From a bacterium (GTDB lineage Bacteria > UBA8248 > JACPRG01 > G963555815): a stretch of DNA of 64,000 bases. Where the stretch lies: assembly GCA_965261595.1 (NCBI GenBank), contig CBDHDG010000006.1:928001-992000 (forward strand), in the 5' to 3' direction. The translations under genes and the position numbers were made by a program. The stretch's first letter is position 1. Each line of letters starts with the position of its first letter. Positions 11,156 to 21,852 of the stretch are shown here, piece after piece. The notes under the pieces were generated by a model that saw only the letters and a list, made by a program, of their open reading frames with translations, was not told the DNA's origin and ran no database searches.

Positions 11156-12098
11156 ATGCCGATTCCGGGTCGAAAAAGGGAGGCGCCATCCTCCTTCCAA
11201 GCCTCCCCTCCTCCGTTTTCCTCCGGCGCCGCCGATTCCATCCCCGGACCCATCCGGGGATAAGGTCCTCGTCGGGACGGCCGGCTGGATTTACAAGGAC
11301 TGGGAGGGAACCGTCTATCCCAAACCCGCGCCCCGCGGGTTCGACCCCCTGGTGTTTCTCCTTGAATACGTGGACGCCATCGAAGTCAACAGCACCTTCT
11401 ACCGCCCCCCTTCAGCATCCTCCGCCCGAAGCTTGGCGGCGAGGGCGGCGGTCCATCCCCGGCGCCGGCTGACCGTCAAGCTCTGGCGTGGATTTTCTCA
11501 CGAAAGAAGGGGGATCACGAAACAGGACGTCACCCTGTTTCGCAAGGGGATCGAGCCTTTGCTGGAAGAGGGGCTGTTCGGCTGTCTCCTGATGCAGTTT
11601 CCGTGGTCGTTCAAGAATACGGAGGAAAACCGGGTCTGGCTGAACACCCTGTTCAAGGCGTTTGAGGGGCTGCCCCGGGCGATGGAGATTCGTCATGCGT
11701 CCTGGAACCGACCGGCGCTGCTGCGTTGGCTCGCGGACAAGGACATCGGTTTCGTGAACATCGACCAGCCGGTGATCGGACAATCCATCGGACGGACCGC
11801 GCACGCTTCCGGGCCGGTGGGGTACGTCCGGAGGCACGGCCGGAACGCCGGCGACTGGTTCCGGGAGGACGCCGGACGGGACGCCCGATACGACTACCTC
11901 TACACCCGGGAGGAGATCGAGCCCTGGCTTTCGAGCATCCGCCGAATCGCCGGGGCGGCGCCGGAAACGTATGTCATCCTCAACAATCATTTCCGCGGAC
12001 AGGCGTTGGTCAACGCCATACAGATTCGGCGTCTGCTGACGGGGGCAGCCGCGCAAAGTCCCCGCCGATTTATTGAGACATTATCCGGAGCTGGATGA
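11156..12098 (+). CDS. DUF72 family protein (start uncertain; probable frameshift before ~11260)
   Basis: VGTAGWIYKDWEG (from 11265, in frame with 11352), EVNSTFYRPP, EIRHASW and RYDYLY motifs. Confidence 0.8.
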
Positions 12099-12317
12099 AA
12101 CCTTTTGATCCGCGCGGCCCCATGCCGGCCCGGACGCCGGGGCGCCCGGCGGGAAACGGCGGCCGATTTCTCCATTTCACCACAGGTGAATTTCCTGTAG
12201 ATTCTCAAAAGGGATTGCCGCACAGGATGCACTCGGCCTCATCGATCCACGTTGGTGATTCTCACCCTTCAGGAAGGGTGGGCCTGTCCGTGAGGTGCAA
12301 CGTTATGAGGAGGCAAG

Positions 12318-12842
12318 ATGACGGATCTCTACGTCAGTTGGTCTGAGTACAACAAGAAAATCGAGGATCTCGCGCATCAGATTGGGAGCAGCGGATGGAA
12401 ATTCAATCAAATCATCTGCATCGCCAAAGGGGGGCTGAGGATTGGGGATATCTTCAGCCGTTTGTTCGACCAGCCGCTTGGAATCCTCTCGGTGGAATCC
12501 TACACGGGTGAGCACCGGACCGATCGCGGCAACATCATCTTCGCCCGCGACCTGGCCAAGACCACGCCGAACCTCGGGTCCCACGTCCTGGTGGTCGACG
12601 ACCTGGTCGACTCGGGCATCACCCTGAAAAAGAGCGTGGAGTGGCTGTCACACTTCTACGGCTTTTATGTCGAGGAAATCCGGACCGGGGTGTTGTGGTA
12701 CAAGGCTGTTTCTACGTACCGCCCGGACTACTACGTGGACCACCTGGAAGATTCACCCTGGATCCATCAGCCGTTCGAGAAGTATGAGCAGATGAGCGTG
12801 GAGGATTTCGCCCCGAAATCCCCGGCGAAAAATCCGTCGTAG
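12318..12842 (+). CDS. Type I phosphoribosyltransferase (purine salvage-like)
   Basis: IAKGG and the PRPP-binding loop VLVVDDLVDSGIT. Confidence 0.88.
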   Translation: MTDLYVSWSEYNKKIEDLAHQIGSSGWKFNQIICIAKGGLRIGDIFSRLFDQPLGILSVESYTGEHRTDRGNIIFARDLAKTTPNLGSHVLVVDDLVDSGITLKKSVEWLSHFYGFYVEEIRTGVLWYKAVSTYRPDYYVDHLEDSPWIHQPFEKYEQMSVEDFAPKSPAKNPS

Positions 12843-12915
12843 AACTTTCACCGGAAGAACGGATTCCCCGCGGTCTCCCGCCCCGGACTCGAAGCCCGGC
12901 TCACCGGCGTCCGCC

Positions 12916-13389
12916 TCAAAGTCCGGCGTACTTCCCCTCGTAAAAGAGAAGGGGCTTTCCGTCCCGCCCGCCCGCCGCGTCCTCCACCTGTCCGATGAAG
13001 ATGGCGTGATCGCCTCCCGGGAAATCGCCCACGATCCGGCACTCCAGATACCCGATGCAGCCGTCAATCCGGGGCGGGCCCAACCGGCCGGGCCGGTGGG
13101 AGACCCCCTCGAACTTGTCCTCAATCTTCGACGCGAAACGACTGGAAATCTCTTCTTGATCCTCGCTCAGGATGTTGATGACGAAATTGCGGTCCCGGCG
13201 GAAGCAGGAGTAGATTTGGGCCGTCAGGTCGACGCACACCAGAACCAGGGGGGGGTCCAGAGACACCGAAGCCAGAGAGTTCACCGTAAACCCCCGGGGG
13301 GCTCCATCGGCGTCCAGGAGGGTGAAAACGGTGACCCCCGTCGCGAACCGGCCCATGGCCCGTCTGAGATCATCGCCGCTGACCGGCAT
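12916..13389 (-). CDS. Flavin reductase-like protein
   Basis: LRRAMGRFATGVTV, SVSLDPPLVLVC and GDHAIFIG motifs. Confidence 0.92.
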   Translation of the reverse strand: MPVSGDDLRRAMGRFATGVTVFTLLDADGAPRGFTVNSLASVSLDPPLVLVCVDLTAQIYSCFRRDRNFVINILSEDQEEISSRFASKIEDKFEGVSHRPGRLGPPRIDGCIGYLECRIVGDFPGGDHAIFIGQVEDAAGGRDGKPLLFYEGKYAGL

Positions 13390-13450
13390 TGTCCGTTGTT
13401 CCCCCATTCTTTCGTTCGGCATCCGGCGGTTCTCGGAAACCCGAACCGCT

Positions 13451-13984
13451 CTATCGGGAACGGTTTTCCCCTCCCCCCAAACCCACAAAGAGCCCGTTGC
13501 CCGACTGGTACACGCCCCACGCCAGCACCCGGCCTTGCGAATCCACAAATTCCACCCGGGCCCGCTCCGGACCTGCCGGCTGGATCACCGCCACCCAAGT
13601 GCGGGCCAGGACGACGGCGTCCGCCTCTTTGATCCCGGGTTTGAGCAGGGTCCACCCCGGCCTCATGATCACCCGGACGTCGTAGGGCCCCTTTCCCTTC
13701 CGCGCGGAATCCACCCTTCCAAACGTCTTCCCCCGCAGGTTCCTGACCCGGACCTGAAAATCCCGGGCCGGATGATCGACCCGGACCGGCTCACCGAATA
13801 ACAAGCCGCATCCACCAACGGCCGTCAGGGACAACGCCGCGAGGATCCAGCTCGTCAAAATTCCGTAAACACGCCGGTTTCGTCCCCCAGTAGATCCGCC
13901 GGGTTCGCCTTTCCGAAAAACGCGGATCGGCGCGACGCCCTTCTTCCCGCCCTCCGGCGGGCCCGCCCTTTCGGTTTCTTCCAT
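13451..13984 (-). CDS. Hypothetical membrane/lipoprotein (start uncertain)
   Basis: Hydrophobic stretch ending VGGC followed by a soluble domain; GC-rich coding pattern. Confidence 0.45.
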   Translation of the reverse strand: MEETERAGPPEGGKKGVAPIRVFRKGEPGGSTGGRNRRVYGILTSWILAALSLTAVGGCGLLFGEPVRVDHPARDFQVRVRNLRGKTFGRVDSARKGKGPYDVRVIMRPGWTLLKPGIKEADAVVLARTWVAVIQPAGPERARVEFVDSQGRVLAWGVYQSGNGLFVGLGGGENRSR

Positions 13985-14472
13985 CGTTTCACCCGGAATG
14001 GGTTCACCGGTCACTGAGCCGCCTCCGGAATGTTTGACGGCCCTTGCGGCCGCCGTTCCCCGCCTCCCGCTTCCGGGCGGGGGGATTGGGGGGGCGCGCA
14101 CCGCGGAATGTTATCCCTCCCGCGCCGTGAAGTCCACCGGGCGGCCGCCTCAGTGAATCCCGATTTGCGTCGGCTGAGCGGCGCCGGCGATCGTGAGAAC
14201 AGGCGCTGTCAAACGTCTGCCCCGCGCCGTCCGGATGAAGAGAATCATTCCCCGGAACCGGCGTCACAACCGACTCCTTCGGCGCTTCGTTTTTCACGCG
14301 CGGAGAAAATTGGGGACACCCCAGGTCGTCCGCCCAAAGACCCCGGGCGGCCGACGACGAAACCGAGGATTGCCTTGCCTCCTCTGCATCTCTCACATAT
14401 ATTGGCAAGGGAAGACCACAAATTCCGATTTCCCGGGCCGATTCATCAGATCATCAGGAGGACGGCGATTTC

Positions 14473-15063
14473 ATGAGCACCCTGAAGGAACAGTTGTTTC
14501 TGGAGTTCGCTTCCGATGCGCTCTCCGGTCTCACGGACGAATTTCGCGGGAAGTTCACGTCCAAGAAGGGGGATCGGTTCAACATCCAAGGCGTCACATA
14601 CGAGTTGGGCTCGCCGTTGCTCGAAGAGAATGTCATTCGATTCGAGATCAGCTCCAAGATCCCCCAGGACGAGTTTGCCGAAAACATGACGCAGACCAAA
14701 TACTTCAACGCCGTCAAGGCGATTGTCCAGAAGGGCAAGAAAAAGCCGCAGGCCATCGACATGGAGAACATCGTCCGGGAAACCCGTGATGACTCCCGCA
14801 AAGAGCGCGATTACGTGAAGGTGACCTACCAATACAAAGAAAAAGACCTCTACAGCGATAAAGAGATCGCCAAGTCCGTTGCGGAGATTTCCAAAGGCGC
14901 TTCCAAGCTGAAATTGCCCGAGGTGCCCGGCATCCCCACACTGGGGGGCCGCGTTCTCCTGGTGGCCCTCCGGGACAACCTCCGGCGGATGGCCGGAGAG
15001 AATGTCCAGCTTCTCATCGACGCCAACAACCAGGTCCGGAAAAAAATGAAGGCGCGCAAATAG
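14473..15063 (+). CDS. Hypothetical protein, Lys-rich
   Basis: AGGAGG RBS; strong GC3 bias; no recognisable motif. Confidence 0.7.
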   Translation: MSTLKEQLFLEFASDALSGLTDEFRGKFTSKKGDRFNIQGVTYELGSPLLEENVIRFEISSKIPQDEFAENMTQTKYFNAVKAIVQKGKKKPQAIDMENIVRETRDDSRKERDYVKVTYQYKEKDLYSDKEIAKSVAEISKGASKLKLPEVPGIPTLGGRVLLVALRDNLRRMAGENVQLLIDANNQVRKKMKARK

Positions 15064-15089
15064 CGAATCCTCCCCCAGGTCCGCGGAAC

Positions 15090-16328
15090 ATGGCTCCCCC
15101 CCCCTCCCCCTCCCCCCACCCGATCCTTCTTCGGGGCGGCAAGGTTTACACCCCGGAAAGGACCTTCGTCCCCGCCGAGCTCCTTCTTCGTCAGGGGCGG
15201 ATCGAGGCCTGTGAATCCCGTCTTGCCCCGCCGCCCGGCACGCGCGTCGTCCATGTGGACGGGGGTCTCGTGGCGCCGGGATTCATCGATCTTCAGGTCA
15301 ACGGCGGCGGCGGCCGGGCCATCTTGGAAGGCACGGAGGACGCCGTCCGGGCGACGGCCCGAAGCCTGTCGGCCTCCGGGACGACGGCGTTCCTGCCCAC
15401 CCTGATCAGCGCGCCTGAGTCCGCACTGCTCGACACCTTCTCGGCCATTCGCTCGGCCGCGCGTGCCGCTCCGGACGGAGCGGATGAGCCCGCGGCCGCC
15501 TCCATCGCCGGCATCCACCTGGAAGGCCCCTTTCTCAACCCGGAGATGGCCGGCGCGCATCCTCCGGAGCACATCCGGCCGCCCGACCCCGGCTTGTTCG
15601 ACCGGCTCTCGAACTCCTGGGCCGGAGCGGATGGATCGCCCGCGGCCCCCGCCCTCATCACTTTGGCGCCCGAGCTGCCCGGCGCCCTCGACCTGTTGAA
15701 AACCGTTGTGCAAAGGGGTTGGCTAGCCGCGTTCGGCCATACGAAGGCCACGTATGAAGAAGCGGAGAGAGCGGTCCCCGCGGGCGTCCGGGTGGCCACC
15801 CACGTCTTCAACCGGATGGGGGAATTCCACCACCGGGAACCGGGGGTCCTGGGTCTGGTCCTGACGGATGCGCGGGTGACGGCCGGATTCATCGCCGACG
15901 GGATCCATGTCCACCCCGCCGCCCTCCAGGCGGCCCTTCGGCTCAAGGGGACGGGGGGGGCCTTTCTTGTGTCGGACGCCACGCCGGCCGGGGACGCCGC
16001 GCCGGATGGCGGGGAAGGGCCGGCGGGATTTCAGATGGGCGACACGCGAATCCTTCAGGAAGGCGGCCGGCTCCTCACGTCCGGCGGAAGGCTGGCGGGC
16101 GCGCTCCTCAGCATGCGGCGGGCGCTGGCCAACGTCGTCCGGCATTGCGGCTTCAGCGTCGAGGAGGCGCTTCCCTGGGTCACCGAGACCCCCGCCCGCG
16201 TTCTCGGGCTTTACGGAAAAAAGGGCGTTCTGGCGCCCGGAGCCGATGCGGACATCGTCGTTCTGGACGCCGACCTGGAAGCCCGGTGGGTCGCCGTGGG
16301 CGGCCGCGTGGCCGTGGACCGGCTTTGA
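15090..16328 (+). CDS. nagA: N-acetylglucosamine-6-phosphate deacetylase
   Basis: PGFIDLQVNG, HLEGPFL, TLAPE, GHT, THVFN, ADGIHVHP and VSDA motifs. Confidence 0.92.
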   Translation: MAPPPSPSPHPILLRGGKVYTPERTFVPAELLLRQGRIEACESRLAPPPGTRVVHVDGGLVAPGFIDLQVNGGGGRAILEGTEDAVRATARSLSASGTTAFLPTLISAPESALLDTFSAIRSAARAAPDGADEPAAASIAGIHLEGPFLNPEMAGAHPPEHIRPPDPGLFDRLSNSWAGADGSPAAPALITLAPELPGALDLLKTVVQRGWLAAFGHTKATYEEAERAVPAGVRVATHVFNRMGEFHHREPGVLGLVLTDARVTAGFIADGIHVHPAALQAALRLKGTGGAFLVSDATPAGDAAPDGGEGPAGFQMGDTRILQEGGRLLTSGGRLAGALLSMRRALANVVRHCGFSVEEALPWVTETPARVLGLYGKKGVLAPGADADIVVLDADLEARWVAVGGRVAVDRL

Positions 16329-16505
16329 GATCAGCGTCAGGCCGCGGAAGCGGGAGCGGGTTCCTCATCATATCAACCCCGCCGGGCCCAGATGAAGTTC
16401 GAAAATACGGCCCCGGTGTCTCCTATGTCTTGAACCCATACAACAGCTTGTTCGTGACGCGGATAGGCGGATAGAATTGGGGAGGGGGGAGTCTGGCCGT
16501 CCGCC

Positions 16506-18173
16506 TTGGAGCGGAGCGGCCGGAGGTCGAGATTGTCTGATCGGTATGACATCCTGTTTCAAGACGCCACCGTCTACGACGGCGCGGGCGGACCTCCCTT
16601 TCGGGGGGACGTGGCGACCCGGGGCGATGAAATCGTCTCCGTCCGGCGCACTTCCGACGGGGGGGAGGAGGAGGGGGGCGGGTCCACGCGGCCGGTTCGC
16701 ACCCTCTCCCTGAACGGCAAAGCCCTGGCGCCCGGGTTCGTTGATATCCATTCCCATTCCGACTACTCCCTTCTCATCAACCCCCTGGCCGAAAGCAAGG
16801 TCCGCCAAGGGGTGACGACCGAAGTGGGAGGGAATTGCGGGTATTCGGCCGCGCCCATCGGCGGCGAAGCAAAGGCCGAGCGCCGGAAGCTCTACCGGGA
16901 ACGGTACGGACTGGATCCCGATTTCTCCGATGTGAGGGCCTACCTCGACCGTCTGGACGATTCGGGGCTCTCGGTGAACTATGTCCACCAGGCGGGACAC
17001 AACACCATCCGGCAGTCCGTCATGGGCGGCGACAACAGGGCGCCGACGGGGGCGGAGCTTCAAAGCATGACCGCGATGGTGGAGCGGGGGATGTCCGAGG
17101 GCGCCTTCGGCCTCTCCACGGGGCTGGTGTACGCACCGGCCTGCTTCGCCTCCCCTGAAGAAACGGCCGCCCTGGCCGAAGTCGCCGCCGAACGCGCCGG
17201 GTTGTTCAGCGTCCACATGCGCAGCGAGGGGGCCGGACTCCTGGAGGCCATCGAAGAGGTGCTCAACATCGCGCGCCTGAGCGGGGTCCGTCTCCAGATC
17301 TCCCACCTCAAGACGGCGGGACAACCGAACTGGTCGAAAATCGACGACGCCATCCATCTCATCGAGCGGGCCGCAAAATCCGGAATCGACGTGGCTTGCG
17401 ACCGCTACCCATACACGGCTTCCAACACCCACCTCTCCGCCCTGCTGCCGGACTGGGCCCACGAAGGCGGAAAGACAATGACCCTGGCCCGGTTGCGCGA
17501 CGCCGCCCACCGGTCGCGGATCCGCGAGGCCTGGGGGGAAAGGAATTGGGACAACGTCGTGATCTCCCTGGTGAGCCGTCCCGAGAGCAGGCGGTTCGAG
17601 GGCCGGAGCGTCTCGGCGTGCGCGGCGCTCACCGGCCGGGAAGCGGCCGAATGGGCGATGGACCTTTTGCTCGCCGAGGATCTCTGGGTCGAGATCCTTC
17701 TGCTCAACCTCATGGATGAATCCAACCTCCGGAAGATTTTGCGAAAGCCCTACGTCTTCATCGGCTCCGACGCGGAGGCGCGGGCCCATTACGGCGTGCT
17801 GGGCGAGGGCGCTCCGCATCCGCGCGGGTTTGGAACCTTTCCGCGGGTTCTGGGAAGTCTCGTCCGGGGGGAGGGTCTGATGCCGCTCTCCGAAGCCATC
17901 GCCCGGATGACTTGGCTCCCCGCCCGCAGGGTGGGCATCTCGGACCGGGGCCGCGTCTCGCCCGGCATGAAGGCCGATCTCGTCGTCTTCGATCCGGAAC
18001 GAATCACCGACACTTCCACGTTTGAATCGCCGATCCGCTATCCGGAAGGAATCGACTTCGTGATGGTCAACGGCGAGTTGACCGTGGAAGATGGGGTCCA
18101 CCTCGGCGTCCGGGCCGGGCGCACGCTGCGCGGCGCGGATCGACTTGCGCCAAACGGGGAAGAGACGCCATGA
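16506..18173 (+). CDS. N-acyl-D-amino-acid deacylase (D-aminoacylase)
   Basis: PGFVDIHSHSD, GVTTEVGGNCG, HMRSE, SHLK and HPRGFGTFPR motifs. Confidence 0.92.
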   Translation: MERSGRRSRLSDRYDILFQDATVYDGAGGPPFRGDVATRGDEIVSVRRTSDGGEEEGGGSTRPVRTLSLNGKALAPGFVDIHSHSDYSLLINPLAESKVRQGVTTEVGGNCGYSAAPIGGEAKAERRKLYRERYGLDPDFSDVRAYLDRLDDSGLSVNYVHQAGHNTIRQSVMGGDNRAPTGAELQSMTAMVERGMSEGAFGLSTGLVYAPACFASPEETAALAEVAAERAGLFSVHMRSEGAGLLEAIEEVLNIARLSGVRLQISHLKTAGQPNWSKIDDAIHLIERAAKSGIDVACDRYPYTASNTHLSALLPDWAHEGGKTMTLARLRDAAHRSRIREAWGERNWDNVVISLVSRPESRRFEGRSVSACAALTGREAAEWAMDLLLAEDLWVEILLLNLMDESNLRKILRKPYVFIGSDAEARAHYGVLGEGAPHPRGFGTFPRVLGSLVRGEGLMPLSEAIARMTWLPARRVGISDRGRVSPGMKADLVVFDPERITDTSTFESPIRYPEGIDFVMVNGELTVEDGVHLGVRAGRTLRGADRLAPNGEETP

Positions 18174-19930
18174 CAGACACCATGCTGACGCTTCTCATCG
18201 TTTCCTTCCTGATCGGCGTGGGCATCGCCGCGGTTCTGGTTCTGGCGTTCCGGTCGAGGAGAATCCTGAAAGGCCTTCAAAGCGGCCGGGGGCCCGATCG
18301 AGAGCTGATCAATGAGGACCGCATGGAGGGGCCGATCGAGGGGATCGAGGAAACCAGGCTGCTCAGCCGCCCGGGGAAAGGGATGCCGAAACCCTTATCG
18401 GCAAAGAACAGCTTGGGGGCCGGCTCGATCAACTTCGGAACCGGGTCGAGCGAATCGCGGACCGCGGCGCCTTCCATGGAGGCGGAGACACCCGGCTCGA
18501 TCATCGCCGGGCCGGAGCCGCCCGAGCCGGATATTCAGCCATTGCATCCGACGGAAACTCATCCACCGGAGGATGAAGGCTTCTCCGAGCCTCAACTGAT
18601 CGAGACGGATCGTCCGCCTTTCGGCGACCCGGAGGGGGAAGAGGAGGAGGATCAACGCGCGCCGGCCGTTGACGCGCCGGCCGCGGTTTCCTCGGAGGCC
18701 CCTCCTTTCCAGGAGGGGAGGTTGTTGAATCAGCCTTCGGAGCTGGTGGTGAAATACAAGCTGCCCGATCTGCCGCTGCTGGAGTCCTGGCGTCCGCCGG
18801 GGTCTTCCAAATCCGAGGGTGGAGAGGAAGCCGACACCACCTCTCCCGGCATTCAACTGCCCCCGACCTTTTTGGACGAGTGGGTCGAAGTCCAAGCGGC
18901 CATCGATAAAGAAGAACGCAAGGGCGGATTGCTCCCGCCCGAAACCCATTTCCATCTGGCGCTCCTGGCGTATTTCGCTGGGGAATTCGAGTCTGCGGTG
19001 GCCTATTCCCAGTTGACCCTGGACGCGGGCGCGGCCCCCGGCGCGGTGCTGCATCTTCTCGGACTGACCTATCACTTGCAGGGTTATGAAACCGAGGCGG
19101 AGGGCAGGCTCCGCGAGGCCGCGGAGACGGTGAACGTTTCGCCGGGCGACCGGGCGATCATCCTGACCAACCTGGGGCTGGTCTCCACCTACCGGCGCGC
19201 TCCCGACGACGCGCTGGGATATTTCGGACAGGCGCTCGAAATCCACCGCCGCCGGGGAAACAAACGGGAAGAGGCCGAAACCCTCAGCCGAATAGGCCGG
19301 CTCTGCCGGGCCAAGCAGTCTCTGTACGAGGCCTCGAAGTACCACCTTGAAGCCCTGGAGGGTTGGCGCACTTTGGGGGACCGGTCCAAAGTGGCGTTGG
19401 AGCTTCGGTTGATGGCCGCCGTGTTCCGCGAAAAAGGGGACTACGCGGAAGCCCTGAAACTGAGCGAGCGGGCGCTGGCCATGAACCGGGAATCGGACGA
19501 CGTGCGCGAAGAGGCCATCAACCTCGGGAACATCGGGTTGATTTACAGCCTGGAAAAGGATTTCACGAAGGCGCTGGAGTTTTTTCGCACCGGTCTTTCC
19601 CTCCACCGACAGGTGAGAAACCCGAAGGGCGAGGCCAACAACCTGGGCAACATCGGAAACATCCTCTTTCTCCAGGGTCAGGCCGAAGAGTCGCTTCAGT
19701 CCTGCCTGGGCGCCCTGGAGATCAATCGGAAAATCGGCTACGCCTGGGGCGAAGCGGTTGACCTCGGAAACATCGGAAAGATTCAGATGCACAAAAATGA
19801 TCGGGCCGCGGCCGGGGAGAACCTGAAAGAGGCCCACCGGATATTCACCGGGCTGAACGCCACCGCGCAGGCGGAAGCCATCCAGAGCGCCCTGGACCGG
19901 ATCAACGACGGGGACGCCCGGAAACCCTAA
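18170..19930 (+). CDS. Membrane-anchored tetratricopeptide repeat protein
   Basis: N-terminal TM helix, acidic Pro-rich linker, repeated EAxNLGNIG TPR units. Confidence 0.85.
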   Translation: MTDTMLTLLIVSFLIGVGIAAVLVLAFRSRRILKGLQSGRGPDRELINEDRMEGPIEGIEETRLLSRPGKGMPKPLSAKNSLGAGSINFGTGSSESRTAAPSMEAETPGSIIAGPEPPEPDIQPLHPTETHPPEDEGFSEPQLIETDRPPFGDPEGEEEEDQRAPAVDAPAAVSSEAPPFQEGRLLNQPSELVVKYKLPDLPLLESWRPPGSSKSEGGEEADTTSPGIQLPPTFLDEWVEVQAAIDKEERKGGLLPPETHFHLALLAYFAGEFESAVAYSQLTLDAGAAPGAVLHLLGLTYHLQGYETEAEGRLREAAETVNVSPGDRAIILTNLGLVSTYRRAPDDALGYFGQALEIHRRRGNKREEAETLSRIGRLCRAKQSLYEASKYHLEALEGWRTLGDRSKVALELRLMAAVFREKGDYAEALKLSERALAMNRESDDVREEAINLGNIGLIYSLEKDFTKALEFFRTGLSLHRQVRNPKGEANNLGNIGNILFLQGQAEESLQSCLGALEINRKIGYAWGEAVDLGNIGKIQMHKNDRAAAGENLKEAHRIFTGLNATAQAEAIQSALDRINDGDARKP

Positions 19931-20487
19931 TCCATGCGAAGCCCTTTGAGAGTCCTCCCGCCGGCGATGTGGCTCCTCCTCCTGGCGCCGGGCTGGCCAA
20001 CGGCCGCCCGGGCGGATGTCACCCTCCACCAGCGCGTCACCTTCCGGTTTCTCGATGCCCGACCCCGTCCGCCCCTGAAAGTGATCTTCTACGCCAAAGG
20101 GCGGCGCGCCCGGTACGAGGTCGACGGCCGGCGGAAAAAACCAACCATCGTTCGTTTCGACAAGGGGCTGATTCTGCGTCTCGATCCGAATCGGAAGACC
20201 TACGCGAAGATCTCGATCAAGGATTTGGAAGAGGTCCTGAAGGGCGTGAGGAACATCGTCAAGGGCGTGGACGAATTCCTGGCCGGCGGAAAATCGGCCC
20301 GCCGAAAAAAGGCCTACCGCCTCGTGCCGACCGCGGAGACAGACAAGGTGCACGGGCTGGACGCGAGGGTTCACCTTCTGCGGCAGGGAAAAAAGCGTGA
20401 TTATGCCTTTGACGCAGTAAGACACAAGATATAGGTGCGATTTTGAGACACTACATGTTGTGGTTATCCAACAGGAGGGGGTCACTT

Positions 20488-20703
20488 TTAGGGACCCGTG
20501 GAACCACATATCCTCCCATTGATGATGGCTGGTGGCCCGACGTAAGAGCCCCGAATTTCGAGTGGGATGCGTTTCTTCGGCGGTTTCTTATTCCTTATCC
20601 CCATCAAGTAGAAACCCGCATAGAATAGAAGATCAATAACCCTAGAGGCTGCTTCGGAGATGAACCATTCAAAAACGTCAAATCCTTCGCATTTTGCTTC
20701 CAT
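20488..20703 (-). CDS. Passenger ORF, small hypothetical protein
   Basis: AAGGAGGA RBS upstream; hydrophobic segment followed by a basic tail. Confidence 0.4.
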   Translation of the reverse strand: MEAKCEGFDVFEWFISEAASRVIDLLFYAGFYLMGIRNKKPPKKRIPLEIRGSYVGPPAIINGRICGSTGP

Positions 20704-20796
20704 TGCCCCAGTCCTCCTTCAAGGTTGGGTGGTGATGGAACCGCAGCGCCAGGGGCGGGATCCCCTGGCGCTGCACTTGTAAATCTTATTTTCCAC

Positions 20797-21147
20797 TTAT
20801 TTGCACGAGATGAACTCGCACAACGTCTCAAAAACCTTGAATTCCCCTTCAAAACGGAAAGTCGTAGAGCCAGGGATGCTCTTCAGGTATTGGAATCCTT
20901 TTGGATGCTCACTCACCATGAAAATACGCCATTTCTCCTTTGCGTTTCGGTATCCAAGTTTATACAAAGCTACCAAATCGCGATCGTCCAACATGCGAAG
21001 TATGAGTTTTCTTCGTTCCAAATCCACATAAGCGGGGCTGTACACCGCACCTTTTCCGATAAAACAGGCCTTGTTGGATTCTCCAGCCATGACGGCGGAA
21101 GATGCGATGAGGGCAGTTGTAAGTATGCAACCGCCGATAGTACGCAT
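20797..21147 (-). CDS. Passenger ORF, small secreted hypothetical protein
   Basis: MRTIGGCILTTALIASSAVMAG signal peptide; lies inside the cassette; followed by a strong hairpin at 20743-20774. Confidence 0.55.
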   Translation of the reverse strand: MRTIGGCILTTALIASSAVMAGESNKACFIGKGAVYSPAYVDLERRKLILRMLDDRDLVALYKLGYRNAKEKWRIFMVSEHPKGFQYLKSIPGSTTFRFEGEFKVFETLCEFISCK

Positions 21148-21852
21148 GGGCAGACCCCCAGAAAATCGAGGTTGACACGGGCTTGGGGATTTGCTACAAG
21201 GAGGGTCTGTGAGGTCCTCTCTTGTAGCAACGCCCCGGGGTTCCCTCGGGGCTTCCACCCTTTGAAGTTCCATATACCACATGTAGTGGGTCGGATTCAA
21301 TTTTCGAGGGACCACCATATCTTGTGTCTTACTGCGTCAAGGGCATAATCACGGAAAAAAGGACAAGGTCCGGGCGAAGATCTGGATCACACCGGAGTCG
21401 GACGCGGGCAAAGAGATATACATCCTCCAGCGGGAGATCGCGAGGATCTCCGCCAACCTGCTGGCCCCCATAGACCCAATGCTCTTCGACGAGCTGGAGC
21501 GCATCGGCGGAACGGCCGTGCGGATCCTTCTGCTCGGAAAGATGGGGCCTTCGGGCCGGTGCGGACGGACTGGGTGGTTGAGAAGATCGATCGTCGGGAG
21601 CTGGACAAATCCCTCTTTGAAGTTCCCGAGGGCTACCGGGAGGAAAAAGACCCGGACGAGCCTAAGGCCGGGGGGCGAAGAAGGAAACCCTCCGCCGTCG
21701 AACGGCAATTAAAAACCCTGAAAAAGCTCTTCCGGTAGAGGACCCCGCGCTTCGGCCGGGCCTTGGAAATTGATGACGCGCAAAGGGGGAGGGATTGAGC
21801 GGGGGCTCAGTATCAGCCGACGAGGCTGGATTCGCCCTCGGTGAGGGACCGG

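Larger units (their letters stand above)
20396..21353. mobile_element. Non-autonomous IS1595-like insertion cassette with passenger ORFs and no transposase
   Basis: 37-bp TIRs CGTGATTATGCC(T/C)TTGACGCAGTAAGACACAAGATAT (36/37 identical); 8-bp TSD GAAAAAAG at 20388-20395 and 21354-21361; lower GC than the flanks. Confidence 0.88.
19934..21738 (+). pseudogene. Secreted DUF4412-like protein interrupted by a 958-bp insertion
   Basis: Removing 20396-21361 restores ...RQGKKDKVRAKIWITPE...; C-terminal SLFEVPEGY motif follows an additional frameshift at ~21548; stop TAG at 21736-21738. Confidence 0.75.

Noticed and set aside
20422..21327. NrdR-box-like motifs near both cassette ends (ACACTACATGTTGTG and similar)
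   Set aside because: Partly inside the TIRs, spacing is atypical and there is no relevant target gene; more likely subterminal repeats.
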